Shown: positions 28,450 through 38,871 of the stretch, piece after piece
How the letters are laid out: every line of letters begins with the position of its first letter
Numbering within the stretch: the stretch's first letter is position 1
DNA from: Spirochaetia bacterium
GTDB taxonomy: Bacteria > Spirochaetota > Spirochaetia > UBA9216
Reading direction: 5' to 3'
DNA length: 64,000 bases
Assembly (NCBI GenBank): GCA_963675665.1
Contig: OY776510.1
Span: 2,656,001-2,720,000 of the forward strand
Notes under the pieces: model-generated
What the model was told of the DNA's origin: nothing
What the model saw: only the letters and a program-made list of their open reading frames with translations
Databases searched by the model: none
Program-made: the position numbers and the translations under genes

Positions 28450-29427
28450 ATGAATAAAATCCTGAGAATTGTAACTCCGCTGTCAGGCGCTCTGTTCCTG
28501 CTGCTTCTCGGGTTATCTGTACGAACAATGGCAAATAATTCTCTTTTCCAAAATGACTCCGGTGAGCAGATTGAGAAAAGTAATCATTATGCTTTTTTCC
28601 TTCCGACGTCGGACTTTTCATTTTTTGAGAACATAAGATCCGGAGCGGTCGAAGCTGCAGGAAAAATGGATTGCGCCATAACCTTTTATTATATAAATTC
28701 AAATACGCTGAGCCTGAGTATGGCTCCGTATACCGGAATCGACGGTGTTGCTGTCTACCTGTACAAAGAAGATCCTGCAATCATGAAGAGCCTTATAGCC
28801 ATTGCCGACGCGAATATCCCTATTGTACAGATCGAAAACGATGTTTTAAGCAGCCCCCAATCATTTTTTATCGGCACAAACAGTTTTGATTCAGGCAAGG
28901 CGATAGGCCGACTGATAATGCGGATAAAAAAAAGCCAACTGAATGCTGCAATTGTTTACAGCGAGAAAAACCCGGGATTAATGTCCGACCGGACGCTTGT
29001 AGAGATGGGAATACAGGATACAGTTGAATACCGCAACCTGACACTGACGGCCAGGGATACAAGCCTTAATCCCCTTGATGTTGAAAAAGTCACCTATGAG
29101 CTGACCCAGCAGGACTCCCCGGTCGATTTAATAATACTCACCGATCCGAATGATACCCTGGTAACGGTGCAGGCAATTATAGACATGAACCTTGTAGGAA
29201 TTGTTCAGGTAATCGGTTTCGGCGACAATCAGGAAATTAAGGATTATATAAAGAAAGGCATTATTCTCGGCAGTATTGTCAGGCACCCCTTTGAAATAGG
29301 GCAGAATGCCGTCCTTGCTTTGAATGAAATTAATACAAGCGGGTATACATCCGCTTTTGTCGATACCGGCATCTCGGTAATCACTGAGAATTCCGACAGC
29401 ATTCTCCCGCAGGGGAACCCGAAATGA
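28450..29427 (+). CDS. Periplasmic sugar-binding sensor protein (XylFII-like)
   Basis: Type I binding fold (FIGTNSFDSGK, VIGFGD, VDTG); overlaps the kinase start. Confidence 0.78.
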   Translation: MNKILRIVTPLSGALFLLLLGLSVRTMANNSLFQNDSGEQIEKSNHYAFFLPTSDFSFFENIRSGAVEAAGKMDCAITFYYINSNTLSLSMAPYTGIDGVAVYLYKEDPAIMKSLIAIADANIPIVQIENDVLSSPQSFFIGTNSFDSGKAIGRLIMRIKKSQLNAAIVYSEKNPGLMSDRTLVEMGIQDTVEYRNLTLTARDTSLNPLDVEKVTYELTQQDSPVDLIILTDPNDTLVTVQAIIDMNLVGIVQVIGFGDNQEIKDYIKKGIILGSIVRHPFEIGQNAVLALNEINTSGYTSAFVDTGISVITENSDSILPQGNPK

Positions 29428-30908
29428 TTAAAAACTCTCTTAAATTCAAACTTGTCTATTATGTTTCAATCAGCATTTTGATACTTGCAGTTTCGTTCAG
29501 CATAATTTTGGTGATTACCATGAACATTCAGAGAATAGCCGACCAGCGTTTCGAGGATGAGCAGTTTCTGCAGGATCTTAAAGGTCAGCTGAATGAGATT
29601 CAGTCGCCGCTTCAGGATTACCTGTCCAGCTGGTCATCTTCAGCATTGTCCAGACTGCTTTTTATTACCGAAACAATGAACGAGTCGGTTCCGAAAGAGC
29701 GTCCGGTTACAAATGTAGATACTGATTTGATAAAGAGGGAAATATTTTTTCTGATAGATGCCTATCTGGTTAAAACCAACCAGATAATTGAAATGAAAAG
29801 AGGCCGCAAGGTTTCCGAGTATACTATCGCTTATGAAGAGCTCAGTCAGCTTCACACATATATCTCAAAGCGGATTGATGATGCAAGCCTTGCAGGTTTC
29901 AGGGTACAGCTGTATGAATATCGTTCATTTCTGGAACTTTTTGAAAGGATTCAGATTTTCAACCTGCTGCTCATAATTACAGCGGCGGCTTTTGTCTACT
30001 CGCTGCTGCTGCAGATGGTGAACATGATTACCAGCCCCATGTATGAGCTATCGCAGCAGGCCATACAGCTGTCGAACGGAAATTTTGAAGTTCCGGATGT
30101 GCATCTTCAGTCAGTGAACGAACTGAACCAGGTTACAAGCGCGTTTAACAATATGAAAAACAGTATCCATCACTACATAATTGAACTTAAAAACCAGAAA
30201 GAAATTGAACAGCAAATGATGGCCGAACGGTTGAGAAATATGAAAATGGAGCAGCTGCTGAAGAGAATGGAACTGTATACAATGCAGGCAAAAATGAATC
30301 CGCATTTTCTTTTTAATACGATAAACACCGGCGTTCAGCTGGCGATAGTTGAAGAGGCTGACCGGACAGCCGAGTATATGGAACACCTGGCTGCTTTGTT
30401 CAGGTTTAATATCAGGGAAACCAAATTCTTTGTTCCTCTTCGACATGAAATAGAGGGGCTGCGTTCATATTTCTATATACTGCGAATCAGGTTTCCCAAA
30501 ACGCTTAATCTTTCTCTTGAGGTTCAGGAAGAGCTGCTTGACAGGTTTAACTGCCCGGCAATGATTATTCAGCCTCTTGTCGAGAATTCCGTTCTGCATG
30601 CTTTTAAGAAGTCGGAGCAGATAGGAGAAATAAGCGTAAGCATAAAATATGAAGATCCTGTAATAATAATTTCGGTCAGGGACGACGGAATAGGAATCTC
30701 CGGGAAAATGGTAAAATCGCTGTTGATACCGCATACGCATGATTATCAGTTAAGTTCAAAGGTTATGGGCCTGGAAAATGTAATCCAGCGCTGTTATTTT
30801 TTCTATCCTGAACAGAAGGACGTTATTTCCATTAACAGCCGCCCGGGTAAGGGAACAGAAATAGTAATCCGTATTCATACCGAGGTGGAGCCGTGTATAG
30901 AGTTGTAA
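29424..30908 (+). CDS. Sensor histidine kinase, YesM/LytS family
   Basis: TM plus HAMP; QAKMNPHFLFNTIN; IQPLVENSVLH; DDGIG. Confidence 0.92.
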   Translation: MIKNSLKFKLVYYVSISILILAVSFSIILVITMNIQRIADQRFEDEQFLQDLKGQLNEIQSPLQDYLSSWSSSALSRLLFITETMNESVPKERPVTNVDTDLIKREIFFLIDAYLVKTNQIIEMKRGRKVSEYTIAYEELSQLHTYISKRIDDASLAGFRVQLYEYRSFLELFERIQIFNLLLIITAAAFVYSLLLQMVNMITSPMYELSQQAIQLSNGNFEVPDVHLQSVNELNQVTSAFNNMKNSIHHYIIELKNQKEIEQQMMAERLRNMKMEQLLKRMELYTMQAKMNPHFLFNTINTGVQLAIVEEADRTAEYMEHLAALFRFNIRETKFFVPLRHEIEGLRSYFYILRIRFPKTLNLSLEVQEELLDRFNCPAMIIQPLVENSVLHAFKKSEQIGEISVSIKYEDPVIIISVRDDGIGISGKMVKSLLIPHTHDYQLSSKVMGLENVIQRCYFFYPEQKDVISINSRPGKGTEIVIRIHTEVEPCIEL

Positions 30909-32395
30909 TAGTAGATGATGAAGAACCTGTTCTGGACAGTTTTGCTTTTATTCTTGAAAAGAATGTAGATGATTTCGAATTATGCGGTAAAGCCAGATCA
31001 GGAGCTGAAGCTATTGATTTAATCTCTGAGGTAAAACCGGACCTTGTATTTATGGATATACAGATGCCTGGAATCGACGGGATTGATGCGATTACACGTA
31101 TTCAGAAACAGTACAGGAATATAGTTTTTATCCTGGCTACCGCCTACGAACGATTTGACATAGCAAAAAAAGCGATTCCCCTTGGAGTGTTCAGTTACCT
31201 GGTAAAGCCAATTTCCAGGAAAACACTGATTCATGAACTGCGGAAGGTTAAAGTCCATCTGGACGAAATAAGAGAAAGTCACAGCAGTGAACTGCAGGAT
31301 ATCCGGTTTTATAAAAAAACCAGGGATGAAGAGCTTAACAGGTTTTTGCGCAGTTTAATCTGGAAAAATCCTTCGGAAACCGAATGGAACGATTTCAGTC
31401 ATCTTTTTTCTGTTGAAGGTGATATAGGGGCTATAATTATTGCTGACGTTCTGAATCCTCCGGAAAGCCCGATGCTGAAAGATGCCTACGCCAAACTGAC
31501 CGAACAGTTTATGTTCAAAATGCAATGCTTTTCAAGGGTTATTTCGGGACGCCTGATGCTTTTTATTCCGGCAAAAAGCGGCTCTGAGGATTTGATTTCA
31601 ACTATAGACTCGGTCTGCAGCAACATCAGGAATTATCAATACCAGTTCGGGCGGGGCAGCTTTGTGCATTTCTCCCGTCTGAACGAATCCTACATTGAGG
31701 CATTCAGACCTTTTGCCAGAGCCGACATGAATAAGAAAAGGGACACCGGTGAAAGGGCGCAGATGAAGAATCTAACACACAGTTTTCTTGCTTCAGACTG
31801 GTCGAATTTCAAGGATATGCTGGAATCATTCTGGCTCGAAGAATTCAATAATTCGGATTTTATTATTGCGAAAGGTAAGATGGTTGCGCTGTTTACCCTG
31901 CTTCTGAATGAGATAGACGAAGATTTTCTTATCTCACAGGGATTTACTGTTAATCCGGCTGAAGAGATTATGCAGCTGAAAAATGTGGAGGAGTGGCAAT
32001 TATGGTTGACGCCGACGCTCGATACGCTGCAGTTTCTTATCGGAAAATACAAAAACAAATCCTGTCCGAAACCTCTGCTGATGGCGCTTGAGCTGATTCA
32101 CCAGAAATATATGGAACCTGTTCAGCTGACTGATATAGCCGGTTTGTGCAATGTATCGACAAGCTACCTGAGCAGACTCTTTTCCCGGCATCTCGACACA
32201 AATTTCAACGAGTATTTTAACCGTTACAGGATAAAACAGGCAGTAGAACTGCTTAAAAATACAAATCTCTCAATCAAGGAAATATCTTATAAAGTAGGAT
32301 ATTCCGATCCGAATTATTTCAGCAGAATATTCCGTAAATATATGAATATTTCCCCGTCGGATCTTGGAATCAGGAGGATAAATTATGAAATTTAA
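30893..32395 (+). CDS. Response regulator with AraC HTH (YesN-like)
   Basis: VDDE, FMDIQMPG, YLVKP; VGYSDPNYFSRIFRK. Confidence 0.92.
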   Translation: MYRVVIVDDEEPVLDSFAFILEKNVDDFELCGKARSGAEAIDLISEVKPDLVFMDIQMPGIDGIDAITRIQKQYRNIVFILATAYERFDIAKKAIPLGVFSYLVKPISRKTLIHELRKVKVHLDEIRESHSSELQDIRFYKKTRDEELNRFLRSLIWKNPSETEWNDFSHLFSVEGDIGAIIIADVLNPPESPMLKDAYAKLTEQFMFKMQCFSRVISGRLMLFIPAKSGSEDLISTIDSVCSNIRNYQYQFGRGSFVHFSRLNESYIEAFRPFARADMNKKRDTGERAQMKNLTHSFLASDWSNFKDMLESFWLEEFNNSDFIIAKGKMVALFTLLLNEIDEDFLISQGFTVNPAEEIMQLKNVEEWQLWLTPTLDTLQFLIGKYKNKSCPKPLLMALELIHQKYMEPVQLTDIAGLCNVSTSYLSRLFSRHLDTNFNEYFNRYRIKQAVELLKNTNLSIKEISYKVGYSDPNYFSRIFRKYMNISPSDLGIRRINYEI

Positions 32396-33431
32396 AAAAT
32401 ATATTTTGTTTATCGTTTTGGTTGTTTGTATATTGCTGACCGGGATTTCCTGCAAAAAAGACAAGCAGCAGGATGATGATACAATACGCATCGGTTTTTC
32501 GGCAGCAACGGATACTTTTCTTCTGGAACGGTGGGACCGCGATATAAAGATTTTTACAAATGTGGCAAGAGAACTGGGTGCAGAAGTAATTTTTGCCAAG
32601 TCGCCGGGAAATGCACAGGGACAAATCCCGCAGATCCAGTACCTTCTTGATCACAACATAGATGTTCTTGTTGTTATTCCCCAGGATATGGAGCTTCTGG
32701 CCGGGGTTATTAAAAAAATAATGGACAAAGGTATTCCTGTTCTGTCCTATGACCGGCCGATTATGGGTGTTCCCATTACCGGATATGTGTCTTTCGACAA
32801 CAGGGAAGTCGGCAGACTGCTTGCCGGTGCGCTGATATCGGAAAAGCCGTCCGGTAATTATCTGATTGTTAACGGTTCAATTCACGACAACAACAGTTTT
32901 GAAGTAAATGCAGGAGTTCATGAAATCCTTGATCCCTATATCGAGAGCGGAAAAATTACGCTGTATGATGAAATATGGCTGGATCTTTGGAGTTTTGATG
33001 AAGCAAGGGAAAAGATCGGTATAGTCCTTGAAGAAACCCGGGATATAGACGCCATATCCGCAGCCAACGACGCAATAGCCGGCGCTGCCGTCAGCCTGTT
33101 GTCTGAACTCAGGCTGGCGGGGAAGGTAGCTGTTGTCGGACAGGATGCTGATCTTCTGGCCTGTCAGAGGGTTGTTGAAGGATTGCAGCTAATGACTGTT
33201 TATAAACCTATTCCGCGGCTCGCGCAAAGGGCGGCGGAACTTGCTGTGGGAATGGCAAAAGGAGAGATCCCTGAACCCGAGCAGTACCTGGAAAATAACA
33301 GCATTGCAGAAATTCCGTTTTTTGTTGAAACCCCGATCGCTGTTTCTGCAGATCAGATGGACCAGACGGTTATCAGGGATGCTTTTCATTCCCGCGAAGA
33401 CGTTTACAGAAACCTGCAAGGACAGAATTGA
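32385..33431 (+). CDS. Sugar ABC substrate-binding lipoprotein (XylF-like)
   Basis: Lipobox GISC; LERWDRD; SYDR; SFDNREVG; GQDADL; MTVYKP. Confidence 0.85.
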   Translation: MKFKKYILFIVLVVCILLTGISCKKDKQQDDDTIRIGFSAATDTFLLERWDRDIKIFTNVARELGAEVIFAKSPGNAQGQIPQIQYLLDHNIDVLVVIPQDMELLAGVIKKIMDKGIPVLSYDRPIMGVPITGYVSFDNREVGRLLAGALISEKPSGNYLIVNGSIHDNNSFEVNAGVHEILDPYIESGKITLYDEIWLDLWSFDEAREKIGIVLEETRDIDAISAANDAIAGAAVSLLSELRLAGKVAVVGQDADLLACQRVVEGLQLMTVYKPIPRLAQRAAELAVGMAKGEIPEPEQYLENNSIAEIPFFVETPIAVSADQMDQTVIRDAFHSREDVYRNLQGQN

Positions 33432-33568
33432 TGTAAAGATTATCCAGACAGGTTCCGCATATTCTTTTTAAATATCAAAAACCGGCTTGATTTACAAAAC
33501 AATTCCTGTATCACGATACAATTTCACGTAATAGAATTAATAAACTATTTTTATAAAAGGAGAACATT

Positions 33569-34675
33569 ATGAAAAAAGCATTATTGGTTCTGTTTTTCAC
33601 GATGATCATCGTGGGAATGCCTTTATTTGCAGGGGGACAGTCGGAAGGCGAGCAGAAATTTATCGGGATAGCCATGCCTGAAACTCATGTAGCCAGATGG
33701 GTCACCGACGGCGAAAAGCTTAAAGAAAATGCAATAGCATTAGGCTATAAGGCAGAAGTAACTTTTGGCGATGCAGATCAGACCAAACAGAACAAACAAA
33801 TCGAAGACTTTATAACAAAAGGAATAGATTTACTTGTTGTTGCAAGCATAAATACAGGTGTTAATACTGTGCTTGCAGATGCTGCGAGCGAAGGAATAGA
33901 GATTATTTCTTACGACCGTCTTTTGATGGATTCAGGTGATTTCAATTACTATATGACATTCAACCTGAAAAAAGTAGGTTTTCTCCAGGCAACAGCCATT
34001 GTTGAGGCGCTTGATCTGGATAATGTTTCCGAACCGCAGTATATAACCCTGTTTGCGGGATCACCGACCGACAATAACGCGTACTTCTTCTATGACGGAG
34101 CAATGGAAGTATTGAATCCGTATATCGACAAGGGCAAGCTGATTGTGGTAGGTCCTTACCCGAAAACATCCGCCGACAAAGCCAATTTTCAGCGAATTGC
34201 AACAGAAGGCTGGAGGGCTGAAGAGGCAAAAGCCAGGATGGAAAACCTGCTTACAAACGATGCGAAAGACGTTGTGCTTGATGCTGTACTTGCGCCGAAC
34301 GATCCCGTAGGACGCGCAATTGTTGAAGCATGTTCAAATGACGCGAAATATGATACAATTGCCAAACTTCCGGTTGTAACAGGACAGGACGGAGAACTGG
34401 CTACAGTCCAGTATATCTCTGAAAACAAACAGTATATGACTGTTTTCAAGGATTCCAGACTTCTTGCCGAAGCGACCATTCAACTTGCCGACGCCATTCT
34501 CAAGGGTGCAACACCGAAGATTCCGGGAACTGAAAAAACAACATTCGACACCAATGTCAAGGACGTAACCACATATCTGCTTGATCCGATTCTGGTTACA
34601 AAAGAAAATCTGAAGGAAATAATTGTAGACAGCGGATATTACACCGACGAGCAATTATCAACCATCGGTTACTAG
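33569..34675 (+). CDS. chvE: Multiple-monosaccharide binding protein (ChvE-like)
   Basis: GIAMPETHVARWVTDG, FAGSPTDNNA, VTGQDGE, MTVFKDSRLLA. Confidence 0.82.
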   Translation: MKKALLVLFFTMIIVGMPLFAGGQSEGEQKFIGIAMPETHVARWVTDGEKLKENAIALGYKAEVTFGDADQTKQNKQIEDFITKGIDLLVVASINTGVNTVLADAASEGIEIISYDRLLMDSGDFNYYMTFNLKKVGFLQATAIVEALDLDNVSEPQYITLFAGSPTDNNAYFFYDGAMEVLNPYIDKGKLIVVGPYPKTSADKANFQRIATEGWRAEEAKARMENLLTNDAKDVVLDAVLAPNDPVGRAIVEACSNDAKYDTIAKLPVVTGQDGELATVQYISENKQYMTVFKDSRLLAEATIQLADAILKGATPKIPGTEKTTFDTNVKDVTTYLLDPILVTKENLKEIIVDSGYYTDEQLSTIGY

Positions 34676-34693
34676 GATTAACCGGAAATATTG

Positions 34694-34719
34694 AGCGGCG
34701 TTATATAACGCCGCTTTTA
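34694..34719 (+). other. Perfect 22-bp palindrome after chvE (stabilising hairpin or partial terminator)
   Basis: agcggcgttatataacgccgct followed by a short T run. Confidence 0.6.
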
Positions 34720-34746
34720 TAGATTTTCTAAGTACAGGAAAACATA

Positions 34747-36297
34747 GTGAATGAAAAATACATTCTTGAAGTAAAAAATTTAACCAAGGAATTTCCCGGC
34801 GTTATGGCGCTTGACGATGTCAACCTGAAAGTAAAAAAAGGAGAGATTCACTGTATTTGCGGCGAGAACGGGGCCGGGAAATCAACCCTCATGAATGTAA
34901 TAAGCGGGGTCTTTCCTCACGGAGACTTTGCCGGGCAGGTTTTTTTTCATGGTGAAGAAACAAATTTTAAAAGTGTTAAGGACAGCGAGAATAAAAACCT
35001 GGCTATCATACATCAGGAATTGTCCCTGAGCCCCTACTTGTCAATTTATGAAAATATATTCCTGGGTCATATAAAATCAAGAACGGGTATCATAAACTGG
35101 TCAAAGCTGATTGTGGATTCTAAGATCTATCTTGAAAGAGTCGGCCTGGATGAAGACCCTGATACCATAGTAAGCCGGATGGGCGTCGGAAAACAGCAGC
35201 TTGTTGAAATCGCAAGGGCATTGTCAAAAAAAGTCGAACTTCTCATTCTGGACGAGCCGACATCATCGTTAAACGATTCTGAAAGCGAAAAGCTTCTGCA
35301 GCTTATACTCGGTCTGAAAAATGAAGGGATTACCTGCATTATGATCTCACATAAATTGAACGAGATCCTTGAAATTGCGGACAGTATTACAACCCTCAGA
35401 GACGGGAAAACAATAAACAGCTATGATGCAAAAAACGATAATGTAACCGAGGCTGTATTGATAAAGGATATTGTCGGCCGTGATATGACCCACCGTTTTC
35501 CGGAAAAGAAACATAAAATTGATGAGGAAATAGTCTTGGAGGTAAAGGACTGGACTGTATATCATCCGGAATATCCGGATCTGGCTGTGGTTAAAAACGC
35601 TTCGTTTCATCTGAGAAAAGGAGAAATCCTCGCGTTCTGCGGCCCGATGGGAGCAGGCAGAACCGAGCTGATGATGAGCATTTTCGGGAAATCGTACGGA
35701 TCAAGGTGTTCCGGCTCGGTTTTTGTGAATGGAAAGGAGATGAACTTTCATACGCCGAAGGATGCCGTTGATGCCGGTGTCGGATATGTCTCGGAGGATC
35801 GTAAAGCCCTGGGATTAATCCTGATTCAGGATATAAAAACCAATATATCCAACTCCAGTCTGAAAAAACTTTCCAGCTACGGAGTGATTAAAAAGAACCA
35901 GGAGATCAGGGAAGCGGAAAAATATCGCAAAGCCCTGAATATAAAAACCCCTTCGGTTGATCAGATAGTTAAAAATCTCAGCGGCGGAAATCAGCAGAAG
36001 GTTGTTCTCAGCCGATGTCTGCTTGCCGACCCGCTGATATTTATTGTCGATGAACCTACAAGAGGCATCGACGTCGGGGCCAAATACGAAATCTACTGTA
36101 TTCTGAATGATCTGGTCAGTCAGGGGAAAAGCATTATTATGGTTTCTTCTGAAATGCCGGAAGCAATAGGAATGGCTGACAGGATTTATGTAATGAATCA
36201 TGGAGTAATCAAAGGTGAAATTAACCGGGAAGATGCTTCTCAGGAAAAGATAATGACGATAGCACTGCAGAAAATTCAGGAGAAAGAAGATGATTAA
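34747..36297 (+). CDS. gguA: Multiple-sugar ABC transporter ATP-binding protein (GguA/MmsA-like)
   Basis: CGENGAGKSTLM, WTVYHP, LSGGNQQK, DEPTRGIDVGAKYEIY. Confidence 0.85.
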   Translation: MNEKYILEVKNLTKEFPGVMALDDVNLKVKKGEIHCICGENGAGKSTLMNVISGVFPHGDFAGQVFFHGEETNFKSVKDSENKNLAIIHQELSLSPYLSIYENIFLGHIKSRTGIINWSKLIVDSKIYLERVGLDEDPDTIVSRMGVGKQQLVEIARALSKKVELLILDEPTSSLNDSESEKLLQLILGLKNEGITCIMISHKLNEILEIADSITTLRDGKTINSYDAKNDNVTEAVLIKDIVGRDMTHRFPEKKHKIDEEIVLEVKDWTVYHPEYPDLAVVKNASFHLRKGEILAFCGPMGAGRTELMMSIFGKSYGSRCSGSVFVNGKEMNFHTPKDAVDAGVGYVSEDRKALGLILIQDIKTNISNSSLKKLSSYGVIKKNQEIREAEKYRKALNIKTPSVDQIVKNLSGGNQQKVVLSRCLLADPLIFIVDEPTRGIDVGAKYEIYCILNDLVSQGKSIIMVSSEMPEAIGMADRIYVMNHGVIKGEINREDASQEKIMTIALQKIQEKEDD

Positions 36298-37495
36298 TAA
36301 AAACGAAAGCGCCCTTGGGAATTTCCTGGAATTGGCGCGATCAAATATGCGAAAATATACAATGTTTATAATTCTCGGAATTATAATGGCGATTTTCGCT
36401 TTCGGGACATCGGGAGTGAATCTTAATCCGCGAAACTTCACTTTTATTTTTGTGCAGAACAGTTATATTCTGATTCTGGCAACCGGAATGGTTCTGGTAA
36501 TAATAATCGGAAATATTGATCTTTCGGTCGGATCGGTTACGGCCTTTACCGGAGCTGTATCGGTTATTTTATATAATGCAGGCTGCAATTTCTTTACAAC
36601 CATAGTACTTACAATCCTTCTGGGTCTGCTTGTCGGAGTTTACCAGGGCTACTGGATTGCTTTTGTAAAGATTCCTGCATTTATTGTTACGCTGTCGGGT
36701 TATCTGATGTTTCGCGGACTTACATATCTTGTAACTAATGTTACTCCGATAACCCCCAGAACGGATGTTTTCAAAAATACAGCTTCAGGAACAGTGAATT
36801 TCCTGTCGATGGATCTCGGCGGAGGCGGAGATGTTATTCATCTTCTTCCTGTTCTGCTTGGAATAGTCATTGTACTGTTTATAATATTTTTTAGTATCAA
36901 TGACAGGCGTACAAAAATTAAAAACGGGTTTAAAATTCTGCCGATTGGTTATTTCCTGCTGAAACAGGTCTTTATCTCGGGAATACTATTGTTATTATGC
37001 GTACAGTTTACCCGGTACCGCGGGCTGCCTAATGTTTTTGTCATACTTGGAATAACGGTTCTGGTTTTTACCTTTCTTACAAAGAACACTGTTTTCGGCC
37101 GGTATATCTACGCTGTAGGAGGAAATGCCAGAAGCGCCAAGCTGTCGGGAATTAATTCCGAAAAAGTGGTTTTCCTGGTTCATGTGATAATGGGCGGTCT
37201 TTGCGGCCTTTCAGGAATTGTTTTTACAGGCTATATGAATTCGGCACTTCCCGACGCAGGAATACTGTTTGAGATGGACGCCATCGGCGCATGTTTTATC
37301 GGCGGTGCATCAGCCTCGGGTGGTATCGGTACCATTATCGGCGCCATAATGGGAGGTCTGGTTATGGGCGTTATCAATAACGGACTTTCACTGATGAATG
37401 TCGGGGCTAACTGGCAGTATATCGTTAAAGCGTCGGTTCTGTTGCTGGCAGTATGGTATGATGTGTACTCAAGGAGAAAGTCCGGATTGGGTTGA
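36290..37495 (+). CDS. gguB: Multiple-sugar ABC transporter permease (GguB/MmsB-like)
   Basis: QNSYILILATGM, IDLSVGS, GRYIYAVGGN, ACFIGGASASGG. Confidence 0.85.
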   Translation: MINKNESALGNFLELARSNMRKYTMFIILGIIMAIFAFGTSGVNLNPRNFTFIFVQNSYILILATGMVLVIIIGNIDLSVGSVTAFTGAVSVILYNAGCNFFTTIVLTILLGLLVGVYQGYWIAFVKIPAFIVTLSGYLMFRGLTYLVTNVTPITPRTDVFKNTASGTVNFLSMDLGGGGDVIHLLPVLLGIVIVLFIIFFSINDRRTKIKNGFKILPIGYFLLKQVFISGILLLLCVQFTRYRGLPNVFVILGITVLVFTFLTKNTVFGRYIYAVGGNARSAKLSGINSEKVVFLVHVIMGGLCGLSGIVFTGYMNSALPDAGILFEMDAIGACFIGGASASGGIGTIIGAIMGGLVMGVINNGLSLMNVGANWQYIVKASVLLLAVWYDVYSRRKSGLG

Positions 37496-37525
37496 TTGCA
37501 ATTTGGGTATGAGTCTTTATGTAAA

Positions 37526-37558
37526 AGCAAACCCCGCTTGGTGTGCGGGGTTTTTTGC
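37526..37558 (+). terminator. Rho-independent terminator between convergent genes
   Basis: aaaccccgc-ttggtgt-gcggggttt followed by further Ts. Confidence 0.8.
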
Positions 37559-37562
37559 ATCT

Positions 37563-38684
37563 TTACTCAATCAGCTGTGCCATCGATAAAAGTGCATTCT
37601 CACTTTCAATTTCAATTATTGCTCCTGAATATAAGCACTTGAGTTCTTTCCCGGAGGCGTGGTTTATTGTTAAATTTATATTATGAATCTCATTCTTCCC
37701 GCTGAATTCCTTTAGCAGCTTGTCCCGCTGTTCAGCCGAGATTACTCCTATATCAACGGAAGTCCTGCCTATGGCTTTTTCATGGTTATAACCTGTAAGT
37801 TTTATGAAAGAATCATTTATTTCAAAGATAGTGCCGTCGGAAGCTCTGCTTATGGACATCAGCGCGGGGGTATGGCTGAAAGCGGAACGGAACAGTTTTT
37901 CCGAAGCTTCCAGTTTTTTATTGGTTAATTTCTGTTCAGTTATATCGTTGCCGATACACAGAATATACATTTGGTTTCCGTTATGATCAAAAACCGCCTT
38001 GTTATACCATTGCATCCAGAGAATTTTTCCGTCTTTTGTTAAATTCTCATTTTCATTATATTTGTAGTTTGCAGGGTTGGAGAATATCTTTTGTATAAGT
38101 TCCCTGTGATTAGAGCCGTCCGCGCCTGTTTCAGGATTAATGCTGTCGGCGCTGTGTTTCCCAAGAACTTCTTCCTGTCTGAATCCGAATATTCTTTCAG
38201 CGCCTTTACTGAAAAAGATAATCTTTCCCTCTCTATCTACTTTGATAATCGCCAATTCTGCGCCGTCGATAATTTCACGGTATTCTATTTCACTTTTTTT
38301 TATCAGGGAATGAGCTTTAAACAGCTCGATAGCCATTGTAATTGCTTCAACCAGAACAAAATTACCGGAATTCTTGATTACATATCCGTAACGGGTAATG
38401 CCTTTAACCTTTTCAACCATGTCACGTTCGTTATGTCCGGTAACAAAGATAATCGGCAAATCTCTTATTGAAAGTATTTTTTTTGCAGCCTGGGTTCCGT
38501 CCAAACCTTCGCCCAGATCTATATCCATCAGAACCAGGTTAATATCATGATCAGTAATTATGATATTGACTGATTCTTCTCCGGTATGACAGTGAACAAC
38601 CTCAAAACCATTCTCTTCCAGGAGAAGTTGTTGATTGAGGGCTATAATAGCTTCATCTTCGACAAGTAAAATTTTTACGCCCAT
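37563..38684 (-). CDS. Receiver-PAS-PAS protein with no output domain (possibly 3'-truncated)
   Basis: ILLVEDE, LMDIDL, GYVIKNSG; two PAS domains; ends LSMAQLIE* where a DIT linker would be expected. Confidence 0.78.
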   Translation of the reverse strand: MGVKILLVEDEAIIALNQQLLLEENGFEVVHCHTGEESVNIIITDHDINLVLMDIDLGEGLDGTQAAKKILSIRDLPIIFVTGHNERDMVEKVKGITRYGYVIKNSGNFVLVEAITMAIELFKAHSLIKKSEIEYREIIDGAELAIIKVDREGKIIFFSKGAERIFGFRQEEVLGKHSADSINPETGADGSNHRELIQKIFSNPANYKYNENENLTKDGKILWMQWYNKAVFDHNGNQMYILCIGNDITEQKLTNKKLEASEKLFRSAFSHTPALMSISRASDGTIFEINDSFIKLTGYNHEKAIGRTSVDIGVISAEQRDKLLKEFSGKNEIHNINLTINHASGKELKCLYSGAIIEIESENALLSMAQLIE

Positions 38685-38871
38685 ATCAGAATATAATAAT
38701 GCAAAACGGCCCAAATGTAAATTATAACGTAACACCGCAGAAAGCAATAATCATCAGCCGAAGGATGCCCGGAAAATAAGCACTTGAAGACTGGTTGATG
38801 ATTATGATATATAGTAATAGCAGCATGAATAATTAATATTTCAGCCGAGACTGAATGAACAGGATAGGGTA

